Source of the DNA: Minisyncoccia bacterium
GTDB lineage: Bacteria > Patescibacteriota > Minisyncoccia > Phycocordibacterales > UBA918
Reading direction: 5' to 3'
Length of the DNA: 64,000 nt
Assembly (NCBI GenBank): GCA_041738755.1
Contig: JBGSPE010000005.1
Location: forward strand, 143,872 to 207,871
The first letter of the stretch is position 1. Each line of letters begins with the position of its first letter. Positions 10,401 to 19,663 of the stretch are shown piece after piece. Under the pieces are notes generated by a model, which was not told the origin of the DNA, made no database searches, and worked only from the letters and a program-made list of their open reading frames with translations. Both the position numbers and the translations under genes were made by a program.

Positions 10401-11737
10401 TGAAGAATTTTTTACGGACATTACAACAAGGGTTAGCTGTAATGAAAGGGAATACCCAGCTATTATTTATCGGGGTATTAGTATTTATCTTTCCTATCTT
10501 ATTTGTTTTCGTTACGCAAAGTTTTTTTGACACCGCGAACGCAAACATTACCACCTCAGAAAAGCGTCGGGTTGGCTTACTACACGATTCAATCGTTATC
10601 GCCCTTAAAGAACCAACCATGAGTAGAGAGGGTATTAAAAAACTTATTGATACCCAGGCGCTCGCAAATACAGATATCGAAGAAATCCGCGTAGTGAGCG
10701 AGGTACCAGAAGGGTATGTGATAGAGCAGTCGCTTCAAGAAGGGGTAGTAGGTTCACTCGATACCAACCAAACGATTTATCAGAATGCTCTCGGGAGCAC
10801 GGATTCCTCACTTATTTTCGAACAAAAACCAGCTGGGTACCGACAGTGGTATGCAGTACGGAAAGTAGTGACACCAGGTGAGCCGGTGCGATACGTTGTG
10901 AGTGAGCACTCACTTCGTGAAATCGACTCACTGATGGCCGCGAGACAACAACAGTCATACTTTGGTCTGACTGTTATATTTGTGTTTCTTATCGGACTGG
11001 CGTACTGGATTTCAAGACAAATCTTTTGGCAAAAAAAGCACCAAAAATTACAAGCAGAGATTGCTGAGCGGGATCTTTTTACCAGTATGATAACGCACGA
11101 GTTTCGTTCACCCTTAACGGCAATTAGTGGCTATACGAGCTTCCTTAAAGAATCACAAGGCTTAACTGAAGAGGAAAAACGCTACGTGGATACTATTGAG
11201 ACAGCCACCGGTCGTCTACTTGCCCTCGTGAACGATTTTCTTGAAGTAGCCCGTATTCAGTCAGGCAAGATGATAGTTGAAAAGAAGCCAGTCCTTGTCC
11301 ATGACACTATTCAACGTGTGCTTGATGTCGTAAGACCACTCGCTGAAATAAAGGGACTTGAGTTACGATTTTCTCCAACCTTAAAACCAATCACCTTTAA
11401 CACAGACGAAAAACGGCTCGCTCAGGTGTTGCAAAATATGCTCACAAACTCAATTAAATACACCGATAAAGGCTCAGTAGAAATTACGACTGAAATTAAC
11501 CCTATATCATTCACCATACGAATCAAGGATACCGGTACCGGTATTAGTGCCGAGGATCAGGCCAAACTCTTTGCACCATTTGCTCGAGTCGGTGGGGTAG
11601 AGAAGACAGCCACCGTGGGAACTGGTCTTGGGATGTGGATCACGAGACAATTGGTTGATGTGCTTGGTGGCACTATTGGTATTGAATCAATCAAGGGTGT
11701 CGGTACACACGCTGTGATTACCTTTAAAGTGCGTTAG
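10400..11737 (+). CDS. Membrane sensor histidine kinase (HisKA + HATPase_c)
   Basis: THEFRSPLT H-box, N-box NMLTNSIKY, DTGTGI, GTGLG; two TM helices. Confidence 0.93.
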   Translation: MKNFLRTLQQGLAVMKGNTQLLFIGVLVFIFPILFVFVTQSFFDTANANITTSEKRRVGLLHDSIVIALKEPTMSREGIKKLIDTQALANTDIEEIRVVSEVPEGYVIEQSLQEGVVGSLDTNQTIYQNALGSTDSSLIFEQKPAGYRQWYAVRKVVTPGEPVRYVVSEHSLREIDSLMAARQQQSYFGLTVIFVFLIGLAYWISRQIFWQKKHQKLQAEIAERDLFTSMITHEFRSPLTAISGYTSFLKESQGLTEEEKRYVDTIETATGRLLALVNDFLEVARIQSGKMIVEKKPVLVHDTIQRVLDVVRPLAEIKGLELRFSPTLKPITFNTDEKRLAQVLQNMLTNSIKYTDKGSVEITTEINPISFTIRIKDTGTGISAEDQAKLFAPFARVGGVEKTATVGTGLGMWITRQLVDVLGGTIGIESIKGVGTHAVITFKVR

Positions 11738-11807
11738 TTTGTCGTTACGGTATTTATCAGTATAATGGCAGTATAACCTTCGCCTTCATGCGGAGGTAAA
11801 ACTATGT

Positions 11808-14438
11808 ATGTCAGCAAAAAAGCCAAAACGAACGGAGATGAATGATGATGCGCGCATGATTGTTGTTCGCGGTGCCAGGACCCACAACTTGAAGAACATT
11901 ACTGTTGAGATGCCTCGCGGGAAGATGATTGCAGTGACTGGACCGTCTGGCTCAGGCAAGTCTTCACTTGCTTTTGATACTATTTTTGCTGAAGGACAGC
12001 GTCGCTATGTTGAGTCACTCTCACCCTACGCTCGTCAATTCTTGAATAAAATGCAGAAGCCAGACGTGGATGAAATCTCTGGTCTTTCACCAGCTATTTC
12101 TATCGATCAAAAATCGGCATCAAGAAACCCTCGTTCAACCGTGGCTACTATTACTGAAATTTACGACTATCTTCGCATCCTGTACGCTCGCATAGGTCAA
12201 CCATACTGTCTTGATGTAGATGTAGCGATTCAACGTCTTTCACAAGACGAAATTCTCGGTATCGTTTTGAAGTCAATCGAAGACAAGGAAGTAAAGACTG
12301 CCCAGAAGAACCAAAACGAAAACATCATGGGGATTGAGGTCACGAAAGGTCGAGTCTCGATTTTCTCGCCGCTCGTGGTGGGCCGAAAAGGTGAATACTA
12401 CCAACTCCTCTATGATTTACTTGGAAAGGGGTTTGAAACCGTTAAAATTGATGGTGAGATAAAGCAACTCCGTGACAAGATAGTCCTTACTAAAACCAAG
12501 CGACATGACATTGATGTTTTAATTGATGAAATTTTTGTCAGTGAATTTACCTCTGACCCAAAAGGTTCACGCGAACGGCTTTCTGAAGCCGTTGAGCTCG
12601 CTCTCCTACAATCAAATGGCTTAGTTAAGATTGAAAGTCCAGATGGTACTGAGCGCATCCTTTCAGCCAAATTTATCTGTCCAGCTGATGGGTCATCATT
12701 CCCTGAAGTTGAACCGCGACTCTTCTCGTTTAATTCACCGTACGGAGCGTGTCCGGAGTGTAATGGACTTGGTATGGTGGGAATTTTTCAAAGTGATACC
12801 TGTCCACTCTGTAATGGCGACCGTCTGCGGAAAGAGGCACTACGTGTCTATCTTGGTGGAAAGGGCAAGCATCTCGGAAAAAACATCGTAGACTTTACCA
12901 ACCAGACAGTGAGTGAAGCAATTGCATTCATTGACGCCCTTGAACTGACAAAAAAGCAACAAGATATCGCTTGGCCAGCTCTGCGAGAAATTATTGAGCG
13001 ACTGCACTTTATGCAGAACGTCGGAATTGAATATCTTACGCTCAATCGACGCGCTAACACACTCTCCGGTGGAGAAGCACAGCGTATTCGTCTTGCCTCA
13101 CAACTCGGCTCAGGCCTGGTTGGAGCCTTGTATGTACTTGATGAGCCAAGTATCGGGCTGCACCAAAGAGATAATGATAAATTGATTGAAACACTCCATG
13201 AACTTCGTGATCTTGGTAATACCATTATCATTGTTGAACATGACGAAGATACTATCTATGCTTCAGACTACTTGGTAGATATTGGCCCCGGAGCTGGAGT
13301 ACATGGTGGTGAGGTAGTTGTTACAGGATATCTTGAGGAGCTATTGAGCGAGAAGAAAAATACTTCTGGTTCAATCACCCTTGATTACCTCCGTGGTGAC
13401 AAAAAAATCGACGTCCCAGAACGCCGAACTGGTGAAAAGGGCTCAATCCTTGTTCGTGGTGGCAAAATCTACAATATCAAGAATCTCAATGTCGATATCC
13501 CACTGGGACGACTTATTTGTGTAACTGGCGTCTCTGGTTCTGGTAAGTCTACGTTCATGTATGAAATTGTTGACCGAAATCTTAAGTCACGACTCGAGAA
13601 AAAACACCGAACACCACATACCTACAACTGTAAGACCTTTACCGGTACCGAATACCTAGGCCGTTCTGTCTTGATTGATCAATCCCCAATTGGACGGACA
13701 CCAAGAAGTAACCCAGCTACGTATACCGGAGCATTTACCCACATCCGAGACCTGTTTGCAGCCTCAGGAGAAGCAAGAGCTCGTGGCTGGAAGCCGGGAC
13801 GGTTCAGTTTCAATGTCAAAGGTGGTCGTTGTGAAGCGTGTCAGGGTAACGGTGAAATTGCGGTTGAAATGCACTTCTTGCCAACGGTCTATGTTACCTG
13901 TGACGTCTGTGATGGAAAGCGCTTTACCAAAGAAACGCTTGAAGTTACCTACAAGGGTAAGAATATCTACGAAGTGCTCCATATGACTATAGAGGAAGCA
14001 TATGAATTCTTCAAAGATGTCCCGAGTGTCGCTGAGCGTCTCAATTCACTGCTCGATGTCGGGCTAGGCTATCTTGAGCTTGGACAAAGTGCTACCACGC
14101 TCTCTGGTGGAGAAGCGCAACGGGTGAAGATTGCTTCAGAACTGTATCGGCCTCACACCATGAAGACTATCTATCTGCTTGATGAACCGACGACTGGACT
14201 GCATTACGAGGATGTAAAGAAATTGATAGAGATTTTGCAGCAACTCGTAAATCGAGGTAATACCGTGATGGTAATTGAACACAATCTCGACCTGGTAAAA
14301 TGTGCTGATTATATTATCGACATTGGACCAGAAGGTGGAGTTGGTGGGGGAGATATTGTTGCCAAAGGCACACCGGAAGAAGTGGCCAATAACCCGAAGT
14401 CATTTACCGGAAAGTATCTGAAAAAAATGCTGAAATAA
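11808..14438 (+). CDS. uvrA: Excinuclease ABC subunit A
   Basis: Two ABC ATPase sites (GPSGSGKS, GVSGSGKS, LSGGEAQR x2) and a C-terminal zinc finger. Confidence 0.97.
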   Translation: MSAKKPKRTEMNDDARMIVVRGARTHNLKNITVEMPRGKMIAVTGPSGSGKSSLAFDTIFAEGQRRYVESLSPYARQFLNKMQKPDVDEISGLSPAISIDQKSASRNPRSTVATITEIYDYLRILYARIGQPYCLDVDVAIQRLSQDEILGIVLKSIEDKEVKTAQKNQNENIMGIEVTKGRVSIFSPLVVGRKGEYYQLLYDLLGKGFETVKIDGEIKQLRDKIVLTKTKRHDIDVLIDEIFVSEFTSDPKGSRERLSEAVELALLQSNGLVKIESPDGTERILSAKFICPADGSSFPEVEPRLFSFNSPYGACPECNGLGMVGIFQSDTCPLCNGDRLRKEALRVYLGGKGKHLGKNIVDFTNQTVSEAIAFIDALELTKKQQDIAWPALREIIERLHFMQNVGIEYLTLNRRANTLSGGEAQRIRLASQLGSGLVGALYVLDEPSIGLHQRDNDKLIETLHELRDLGNTIIIVEHDEDTIYASDYLVDIGPGAGVHGGEVVVTGYLEELLSEKKNTSGSITLDYLRGDKKIDVPERRTGEKGSILVRGGKIYNIKNLNVDIPLGRLICVTGVSGSGKSTFMYEIVDRNLKSRLEKKHRTPHTYNCKTFTGTEYLGRSVLIDQSPIGRTPRSNPATYTGAFTHIRDLFAASGEARARGWKPGRFSFNVKGGRCEACQGNGEIAVEMHFLPTVYVTCDVCDGKRFTKETLEVTYKGKNIYEVLHMTIEEAYEFFKDVPSVAERLNSLLDVGLGYLELGQSATTLSGGEAQRVKIASELYRPHTMKTIYLLDEPTTGLHYEDVKKLIEILQQLVNRGNTVMVIEHNLDLVKCADYIIDIGPEGGVGGGDIVAKGTPEEVANNPKSFTGKYLKKMLK

Positions 14439-14439
14439 T

Positions 14440-15045
14440 ATGGAACAGTTTGAAGGAACACCCGAGCTATCTGACAAAGAAATCGAACAGATTATTTTTC
14501 TTTCGTACATGTTCTCTCAAGGCTCTATTCCTCTACAAAAAGCAATTATGGGGCATATAGCAAAAATCGCTGGTCTACAAGACCCGGGACATGCTCGGAC
14601 GCTCTACGACTCCTTTGCTCAAAGTCTCCACTACACCGAAGGTGAAGGGTATACCATTGGTCGAGCCAACCTACATACCAATGAAGGTCTCGATAATCCT
14701 AAGGGACATTTCTCTGACATTGCACCCTTTACTGAAGGGGAGCGCTCTCGTGATGCCATGAGTTTACAAGAGATAGTAGATAACATGTGGAGTCTCGATT
14801 ATCATTACCTTTGCGAAAAAGCTGGTAGACCAAATCGAAAAGAATCTGGTTTTAAAGTCGATACATTACAAGACCCATATTTTTCTTTCGGTATGGCGTA
14901 CCTTGAAAGTGAAAAAGAAACACCAAGTGAAGTATTTAATACATTCTTAAACCGCTTGCGTGAATATGATATTTCTCCAGACAACCGTTCAGTTAAAGAC
15001 GCAGTAATTGCTGCGTATCAAGAGCACCATAGTGATAGTGCATAA
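14440..15045 (+). CDS. Hypothetical protein
   Basis: 201-aa ORF packed between uvrA and uvrC. Confidence 0.65.
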   Translation: MEQFEGTPELSDKEIEQIIFLSYMFSQGSIPLQKAIMGHIAKIAGLQDPGHARTLYDSFAQSLHYTEGEGYTIGRANLHTNEGLDNPKGHFSDIAPFTEGERSRDAMSLQEIVDNMWSLDYHYLCEKAGRPNRKESGFKVDTLQDPYFSFGMAYLESEKETPSEVFNTFLNRLREYDISPDNRSVKDAVIAAYQEHHSDSA

Positions 15046-15057
15046 GTAAATTCCGTT

Positions 15058-16299
15058 ATGGAAAAAGTCGACCTAAAATCTTCTGCAATACCAAACGCAC
15101 CTGGTGTGTATTTTTTCTTGGGTCCCAAAAAGAAGATTTTATATATCGGAAAAGCCACCTCACTTAAAAACCGGGTCCGTAGCTATTTTTCAAGTGACAT
15201 CAAAGAAAAGCGCTCGCCGCTCATTGAAGCGATGGTTCAAGAAGCACAAACAATTGAATTCACTGAGACTGATAGTGTGCTTGAGGCGCTCATTCTTGAA
15301 ACCAATCTCATCCGTACCCACAAGCCAATCTATAACACGAGGAGTAAGGACGATAAGAGTTATAACCACTTGGTGATTACCAAAGAAGAATTTCCCCGTG
15401 TCTTGGTGGTACGCGGCAAAGACCTCACTGAACAATTTACCGAAAAAGAAATTCTCTATCATTTTGGTCCGTTCCCAAGCGGTGCATTATTTCGAGAGGC
15501 ACTCAAAATCGTTCGGCGTTTGTTTAAATACTACGATACAAAAAACCCACTCGGTGATGAACAGACAAAGTTTGCTCGCGGTAAAATTGACTTCAATCGG
15601 CAAATCGGACTCTACCCAACTACCCAATCAAAAACTGAGTACAATAGAACCATACGACACATCAAGCTATTTTTTGAAGGCAAGAAAAAACAAATCATTA
15701 CCGAACTACACAAGGACATGATGAAAGAAGCTAAGGCTGAACGCTTTGAAGTAGCCGACCAAATCAAGCGCCGGATTTTTGCCCTCAATCATATCCAAGA
15801 TATTGCTCTTATCAAAGACGACAACCGCATCTATCGAGACGAGAAGCGAATTCGCATTGAAGCGTATGACATTGCTCACATGGGCGGACAACATATGGTT
15901 GGAGTGATGACGGTTATGGAAGCAGGGGAACCAGCCCGCAGTGAATACCGAAAATTTAAGATAAAGACTGTCGATCGCTCTAACGACACTGCTGCCCTCA
16001 AAGAGGTTTTAGAGCGGCGTCTGGCACACCCTGAGTGGCCCTTTCCACACATTGTCGTAGTAGATGGGGGAGTGGCACAAAAGAACGCAGCAGAGCTGAT
16101 GTTACGGGCTCACGCGTTGATGATTCCAGTTGTGGCTGTAGTCAAGGACGACCGTCATAAAGCCTCGCGTTTAATTGGTCCAAAGAATCTCCTCGATACA
16201 CACAAGTTAGCGATTCTGCATGCTAATGCCGAATCACACCGCTTTGCCATTACGTATCACCGTGAGAAGCGAGGCAAATCATACAAAGGTCTCCGCTAG
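15058..16299 (+). CDS. uvrC: Excinuclease ABC subunit C (short form without C-terminal HhH)
   Basis: GIY-YIG (PGVY..YIGKA..LKNRV), UVR domain (ERFEVA), RNase H-like domain (IEAYDIAH, VVDGG, ESHRFAITYHR). Confidence 0.9.
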   Translation: MEKVDLKSSAIPNAPGVYFFLGPKKKILYIGKATSLKNRVRSYFSSDIKEKRSPLIEAMVQEAQTIEFTETDSVLEALILETNLIRTHKPIYNTRSKDDKSYNHLVITKEEFPRVLVVRGKDLTEQFTEKEILYHFGPFPSGALFREALKIVRRLFKYYDTKNPLGDEQTKFARGKIDFNRQIGLYPTTQSKTEYNRTIRHIKLFFEGKKKQIITELHKDMMKEAKAERFEVADQIKRRIFALNHIQDIALIKDDNRIYRDEKRIRIEAYDIAHMGGQHMVGVMTVMEAGEPARSEYRKFKIKTVDRSNDTAALKEVLERRLAHPEWPFPHIVVVDGGVAQKNAAELMLRAHALMIPVVAVVKDDRHKASRLIGPKNLLDTHKLAILHANAESHRFAITYHREKRGKSYKGLR

Positions 16300-16336
16300 G
16301 AGTACGCTAGCTTGAGATGATATACTTGATTGTGTT

Positions 16337-17299
16337 ATGAAGCGTATAGCTGTTTTGCGAGGTGGACCGAGTGAAGAATATGCTGTTTCGATGAAGTCGG
16401 GAGCGGCTGTCTTGGAGGCGCTAGATAAGCTCCACTATGCGTACAAAGATATCGTTATTACCAAAGACGGTGAATGGCTTGAAGCCGGGATTGCGCGCAC
16501 CCCAGACAATGCCCTTGAAGCGGTTGATGTTGTTTTTATTGCTCTCCATGGTGGCTATGGTGAAGATGGTCAGATTCAAAAGATTCTCCACCGGAAGCAT
16601 ATTCCGTATACTGGTAGCCCCTCACTCCCTTCAGCTATTGCCTTTAACAAAGAACTAACCAAGTTCTCACTCCAGTCGCATAATATTCTGATGCCGAAGC
16701 ATCGCAAATTCACTGTTGCTGACCTTGATACCCTCGACGAGGAAGTTGATGAGCTTTTCAAAGATGTGGGTGAGGAACTATTCATTAAGCCACTGAAGAC
16801 TGGCTCTTCCCACGGTGCCCGGTACGCTCCCAACAAAGAATTACTCACGACTCATATCCGTGAGTTATTGCAGAATTATGATGAGCTCTTAATTGAAGAA
16901 TATATTAGAGGAAGGGAAGCGACAGTGGGTATTTTGCATGACTTTAGAAACCAAGCTATCTACGCTCTTCCAGCCATTGAGATTGTCCCACCCAATGGTG
17001 AACCAGCCTTTTCATACGAGAATAAATATAATGGTAAGACTGCAGAAATCGTCCCCGGACGGTTCTCTTATGAGGAGAAGATAAAGCTCGCTGATATCGC
17101 AGCAGTGGTACACCAAGCACTTCACCTTGATCATTACTCTCGCAGTGACTTCATCGTCAAAAATGGTGACGTGTACTTCCTTGAAGTGAATACCTTACCA
17201 GGACTGACGACCGAATCACTCCTCCCAAAAGCCGCCGCGGCAGTAGGCCTAAGCTACCCACAACTCATCGCTCATTTGATTGAGACCGCAAGGGTGTAG
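16337..17299 (+). CDS. ddl: D-alanine--D-alanine ligase
   Basis: GGPSEEYAVS, ALHGGYGEDG, YENKY omega loop, LEVNTLPG. Confidence 0.95.
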   Translation: MKRIAVLRGGPSEEYAVSMKSGAAVLEALDKLHYAYKDIVITKDGEWLEAGIARTPDNALEAVDVVFIALHGGYGEDGQIQKILHRKHIPYTGSPSLPSAIAFNKELTKFSLQSHNILMPKHRKFTVADLDTLDEEVDELFKDVGEELFIKPLKTGSSHGARYAPNKELLTTHIRELLQNYDELLIEEYIRGREATVGILHDFRNQAIYALPAIEIVPPNGEPAFSYENKYNGKTAEIVPGRFSYEEKIKLADIAAVVHQALHLDHYSRSDFIVKNGDVYFLEVNTLPGLTTESLLPKAAAAVGLSYPQLIAHLIETARV

Positions 17300-17372
17300 T
17301 TGAAATACCAGATATTGCATTACGTACGCTTTTGTAATTAAGCTATATTACGTATGCTAAAATTCTAGTATT

Positions 17373-18182
17373 ATGAAAAAAGCTTTACATACTATGTTTT
17401 TAACTGTCGGCGGAATTGTATTACTCATTGTGATAGGAGTGGTGGTATGGGTTGGTATTATTGCCTTCAATTTTTTCAAAGGTCCTCCAGCAGTAGTACC
17501 AGAATCAGCATTTCCTGAAGCAACGGTTCGTGCTACAGCCCAAGCTATTGCTGACGGGAATAGTGGTAAAGCTATTGAGCAAGTTGCCGAAGCAGGCCTC
17601 ATAGACTACATTGGGCCAGAAAACGACACCCTACTCCTGGTTGCGGTTATGGGTAATGATGAGCACGCTGTTAAAAAACTCCTTGAACTTGGTACTAATC
17701 CAAATATTCCTGAAGGAAGATCACCACTAGCAATTGCAGCAGGTAGTGCGGATATTGAAATTATACGAGCTTTATTGAGTGCTGGAGCAGATCCGGATGG
17801 TTTAGTAGACTCAGAATCTGGCCTTTGGCGTGCAGCACTTGGAAATCGTAGAGACATCGTGGATTTATTTTTAGAGAACGGAGCAACGATTGACCTCCCA
17901 AACTCTAATGGAGAAACTCCACTTATTGTCGCGGCTCAGGTTTCACACTACGAATTGAGTACACATCTTCTCGAACGAGGAGCATCTCCTTTTAGTCATG
18001 ACTCTACTGGGAAAACTGCTGAATTTTGGGCAAGCCGAAAAGTTTTACAACCAGGCACAGAAGAATACCGTAACCGAGAGCAATTACTACAACTTTTACA
18101 ACAAAAGGGTTTTCCTTCACCTGCTCCAACCGACGATGAGGTCTTGGAAGCCAAAGCGGCTGGCAATTGGCCACCGCAGTAG
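17373..18182 (+). CDS. Membrane-anchored ankyrin repeat protein
   Basis: About four ankyrin repeats (GRSPLAIAA, GETPLIVAA, LL..GA.P); N-terminal TM. Confidence 0.85.
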   Translation: MKKALHTMFLTVGGIVLLIVIGVVVWVGIIAFNFFKGPPAVVPESAFPEATVRATAQAIADGNSGKAIEQVAEAGLIDYIGPENDTLLLVAVMGNDEHAVKKLLELGTNPNIPEGRSPLAIAAGSADIEIIRALLSAGADPDGLVDSESGLWRAALGNRRDIVDLFLENGATIDLPNSNGETPLIVAAQVSHYELSTHLLERGASPFSHDSTGKTAEFWASRKVLQPGTEEYRNREQLLQLLQQKGFPSPAPTDDEVLEAKAAGNWPPQ

Positions 18183-18219
18183 ATTGAATTTAAAAAACTC
18201 CCAAAGGGAATTTTTTAAG

Positions 18220-18244
18220 ATGGTGGACCCGACAGGATTCGAAC
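18220..18244 (-). repeat. Exact 25-bp duplicate of the tRNA-Ala(TGC) 3' end (att-like)
   Basis: atggtggacccgacaggattcgaac occurs at 18220-18244 and 18370-18394. Confidence 0.9.
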
Positions 18245-18370
18245 ATTACATGTTCAGTACCCGTTTTGGATAGATTGTTTTGCTCTGCTCACAATCTACC
18301 TCAAAACAGCTTCGAAACCCCCGCACCCCTCCACGAAAAAACGCCGGACATAAATTCCGACGTTTATTCA

Positions 18371-18446
18371 TGGTGGACCCGACAGGATTCGAACCCGCTG
18401 CCTCCTCAGTGCAAATGAGGCGCTCTACCAAGTGAGCTACGGGCCC
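18371..18446 (-). tRNA. tRNA-Ala(TGC)
   Basis: GGGCCCGTAGCTCACTTGGTAGAGCG, anticodon arm CCTCA-TTTGCAC-TGAGG, GGTTCGAATCC, ends CCA; 76 nt. Confidence 0.97.
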
Positions 18447-18666
18447 AGTTTTATTGGAAGCGTGAATGTTTACATTCACACGCTTTAATCAATCTGGGCA
18501 CTTAGAACTTCTAAGTGGCACTATAATACGGGGCTAGCCATAGTAAGTCAAGGCGTTCGAACCTCATATTTAGCATGATTAAATTACGAATATGAGACAA
18601 GTTAACAAAACAGATATCAGTGGATAATCATGTATTTTTGGATATTCCTGGACGTATGATTAAACT

Positions 18667-19599
18667 ATGAAAACAAATATCAAGCTGGCACCAGAAGGAT
18701 ATCTTAGTGCTGTGCGAAAGCGACGAAACAAGCAAGTCCGACGCGTACTCTATGGTACAAGTGGTCTACTCTTACTTATCATCACGTTTGTAAGCTCTAC
18801 TAACTATGGTCAGACTCTGCTTTCATCCATTGCCTTAGCCCAGGAAACTGATGAAGAATATTATGAAGAAGAGTACTACGATGAAGGATATTACGAGGAT
18901 TATGATGTGATGACAGAGGGTGGTTGTAATGTACTAGGACTTTCGCTCTATGGGGACATTTATACAACCGGTACCGGCGCTTCAACCAATGCAATTAGTA
19001 GCTATCTGGAGACCTACGGACAGCATGAGAACCTGAAAGCTATCGTAGTCGACGTTGATTCAGGTGGCGGTTCACCGGTAGCTGGTGATGAAATCCTTCA
19101 ACTGCTTGAAGATCAGACGGTACCCGTAGTTGCTCAAATCCGAGAATTGGGTGCCTCAGCAGCCTACATGGCTATTCTTTCTGCCGACCACATCATCGCG
19201 CACCCGTACAGTTCGGTTGGTTCAATCGGTGTTATCCAAATTTTTTATGACTACACCAAGTTTAATAAAAAAGAAGGTATCGAATATATTCCAATTCAAA
19301 GTGGCCCAGGTAAAGACGCTGGTACCGGAGAACGCTCACTCACCAGAGAAGAAATCGCTCAGTTTCAAGAAGAAGTAGACTACCTATATGATGGTTTCAT
19401 TGATCAGGTGGCCTTTTGGCGAGACTTGAGTCGAGATGCTGTTTTACAAGCAGCTGATGGACGTACATTTATGGCTCCTAAGGCTCTCGAGCTCGGATTG
19501 ATAGATGAAATGGGTGGAAGTAGGGAAGTCCGAGCGCACCTCGCCAGTCAAATAGGTGAAGAGCCAGTTATCTGCTGGGTAAATAACGAAGGGTACTAA
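18667..19599 (+). CDS. sppA: Signal peptide peptidase SppA (S49 family), copy 1
   Basis: DSGGG, ASAAY catalytic Ser region, VGSIGV, SGPGKD, GLIDEMG. Confidence 0.88.
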   Translation: MKTNIKLAPEGYLSAVRKRRNKQVRRVLYGTSGLLLLIITFVSSTNYGQTLLSSIALAQETDEEYYEEEYYDEGYYEDYDVMTEGGCNVLGLSLYGDIYTTGTGASTNAISSYLETYGQHENLKAIVVDVDSGGGSPVAGDEILQLLEDQTVPVVAQIRELGASAAYMAILSADHIIAHPYSSVGSIGVIQIFYDYTKFNKKEGIEYIPIQSGPGKDAGTGERSLTREEIAQFQEEVDYLYDGFIDQVAFWRDLSRDAVLQAADGRTFMAPKALELGLIDEMGGSREVRAHLASQIGEEPVICWVNNEGY

Positions 19600-19610
19600 T
19601 CATACTACTA

Positions 19611-19636
19611 AAAAAAGCCCCTTATGGGGCTTTTTT
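19611..19636 (+). terminator. Intrinsic terminator
   Basis: AAAAAAGCCCC-ttat-GGGGCTTTTTT. Confidence 0.8.
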
Positions 19637-19663
19637 AATGTGTGACAATGATACAATTTTACT

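Noticed and set aside
11738-11807. LexA/SOS box upstream of uvrA or uvrB
   Set aside because: No recognisable CTGT-N8-ACAG or GAAC-N4-GTTC palindrome; only a -10 box and a short hairpin.
18220-18446. Prophage or ICE at tRNA-Ala
   Set aside because: Only about 125 bp lie between the direct repeats, and no integrase or phage genes occur in the window.
18246-18479. 77-aa ORF, and the ORFs at 20606-20837
   Set aside because: They overlap tRNA genes and hairpin repeats, so they are treated as spurious.
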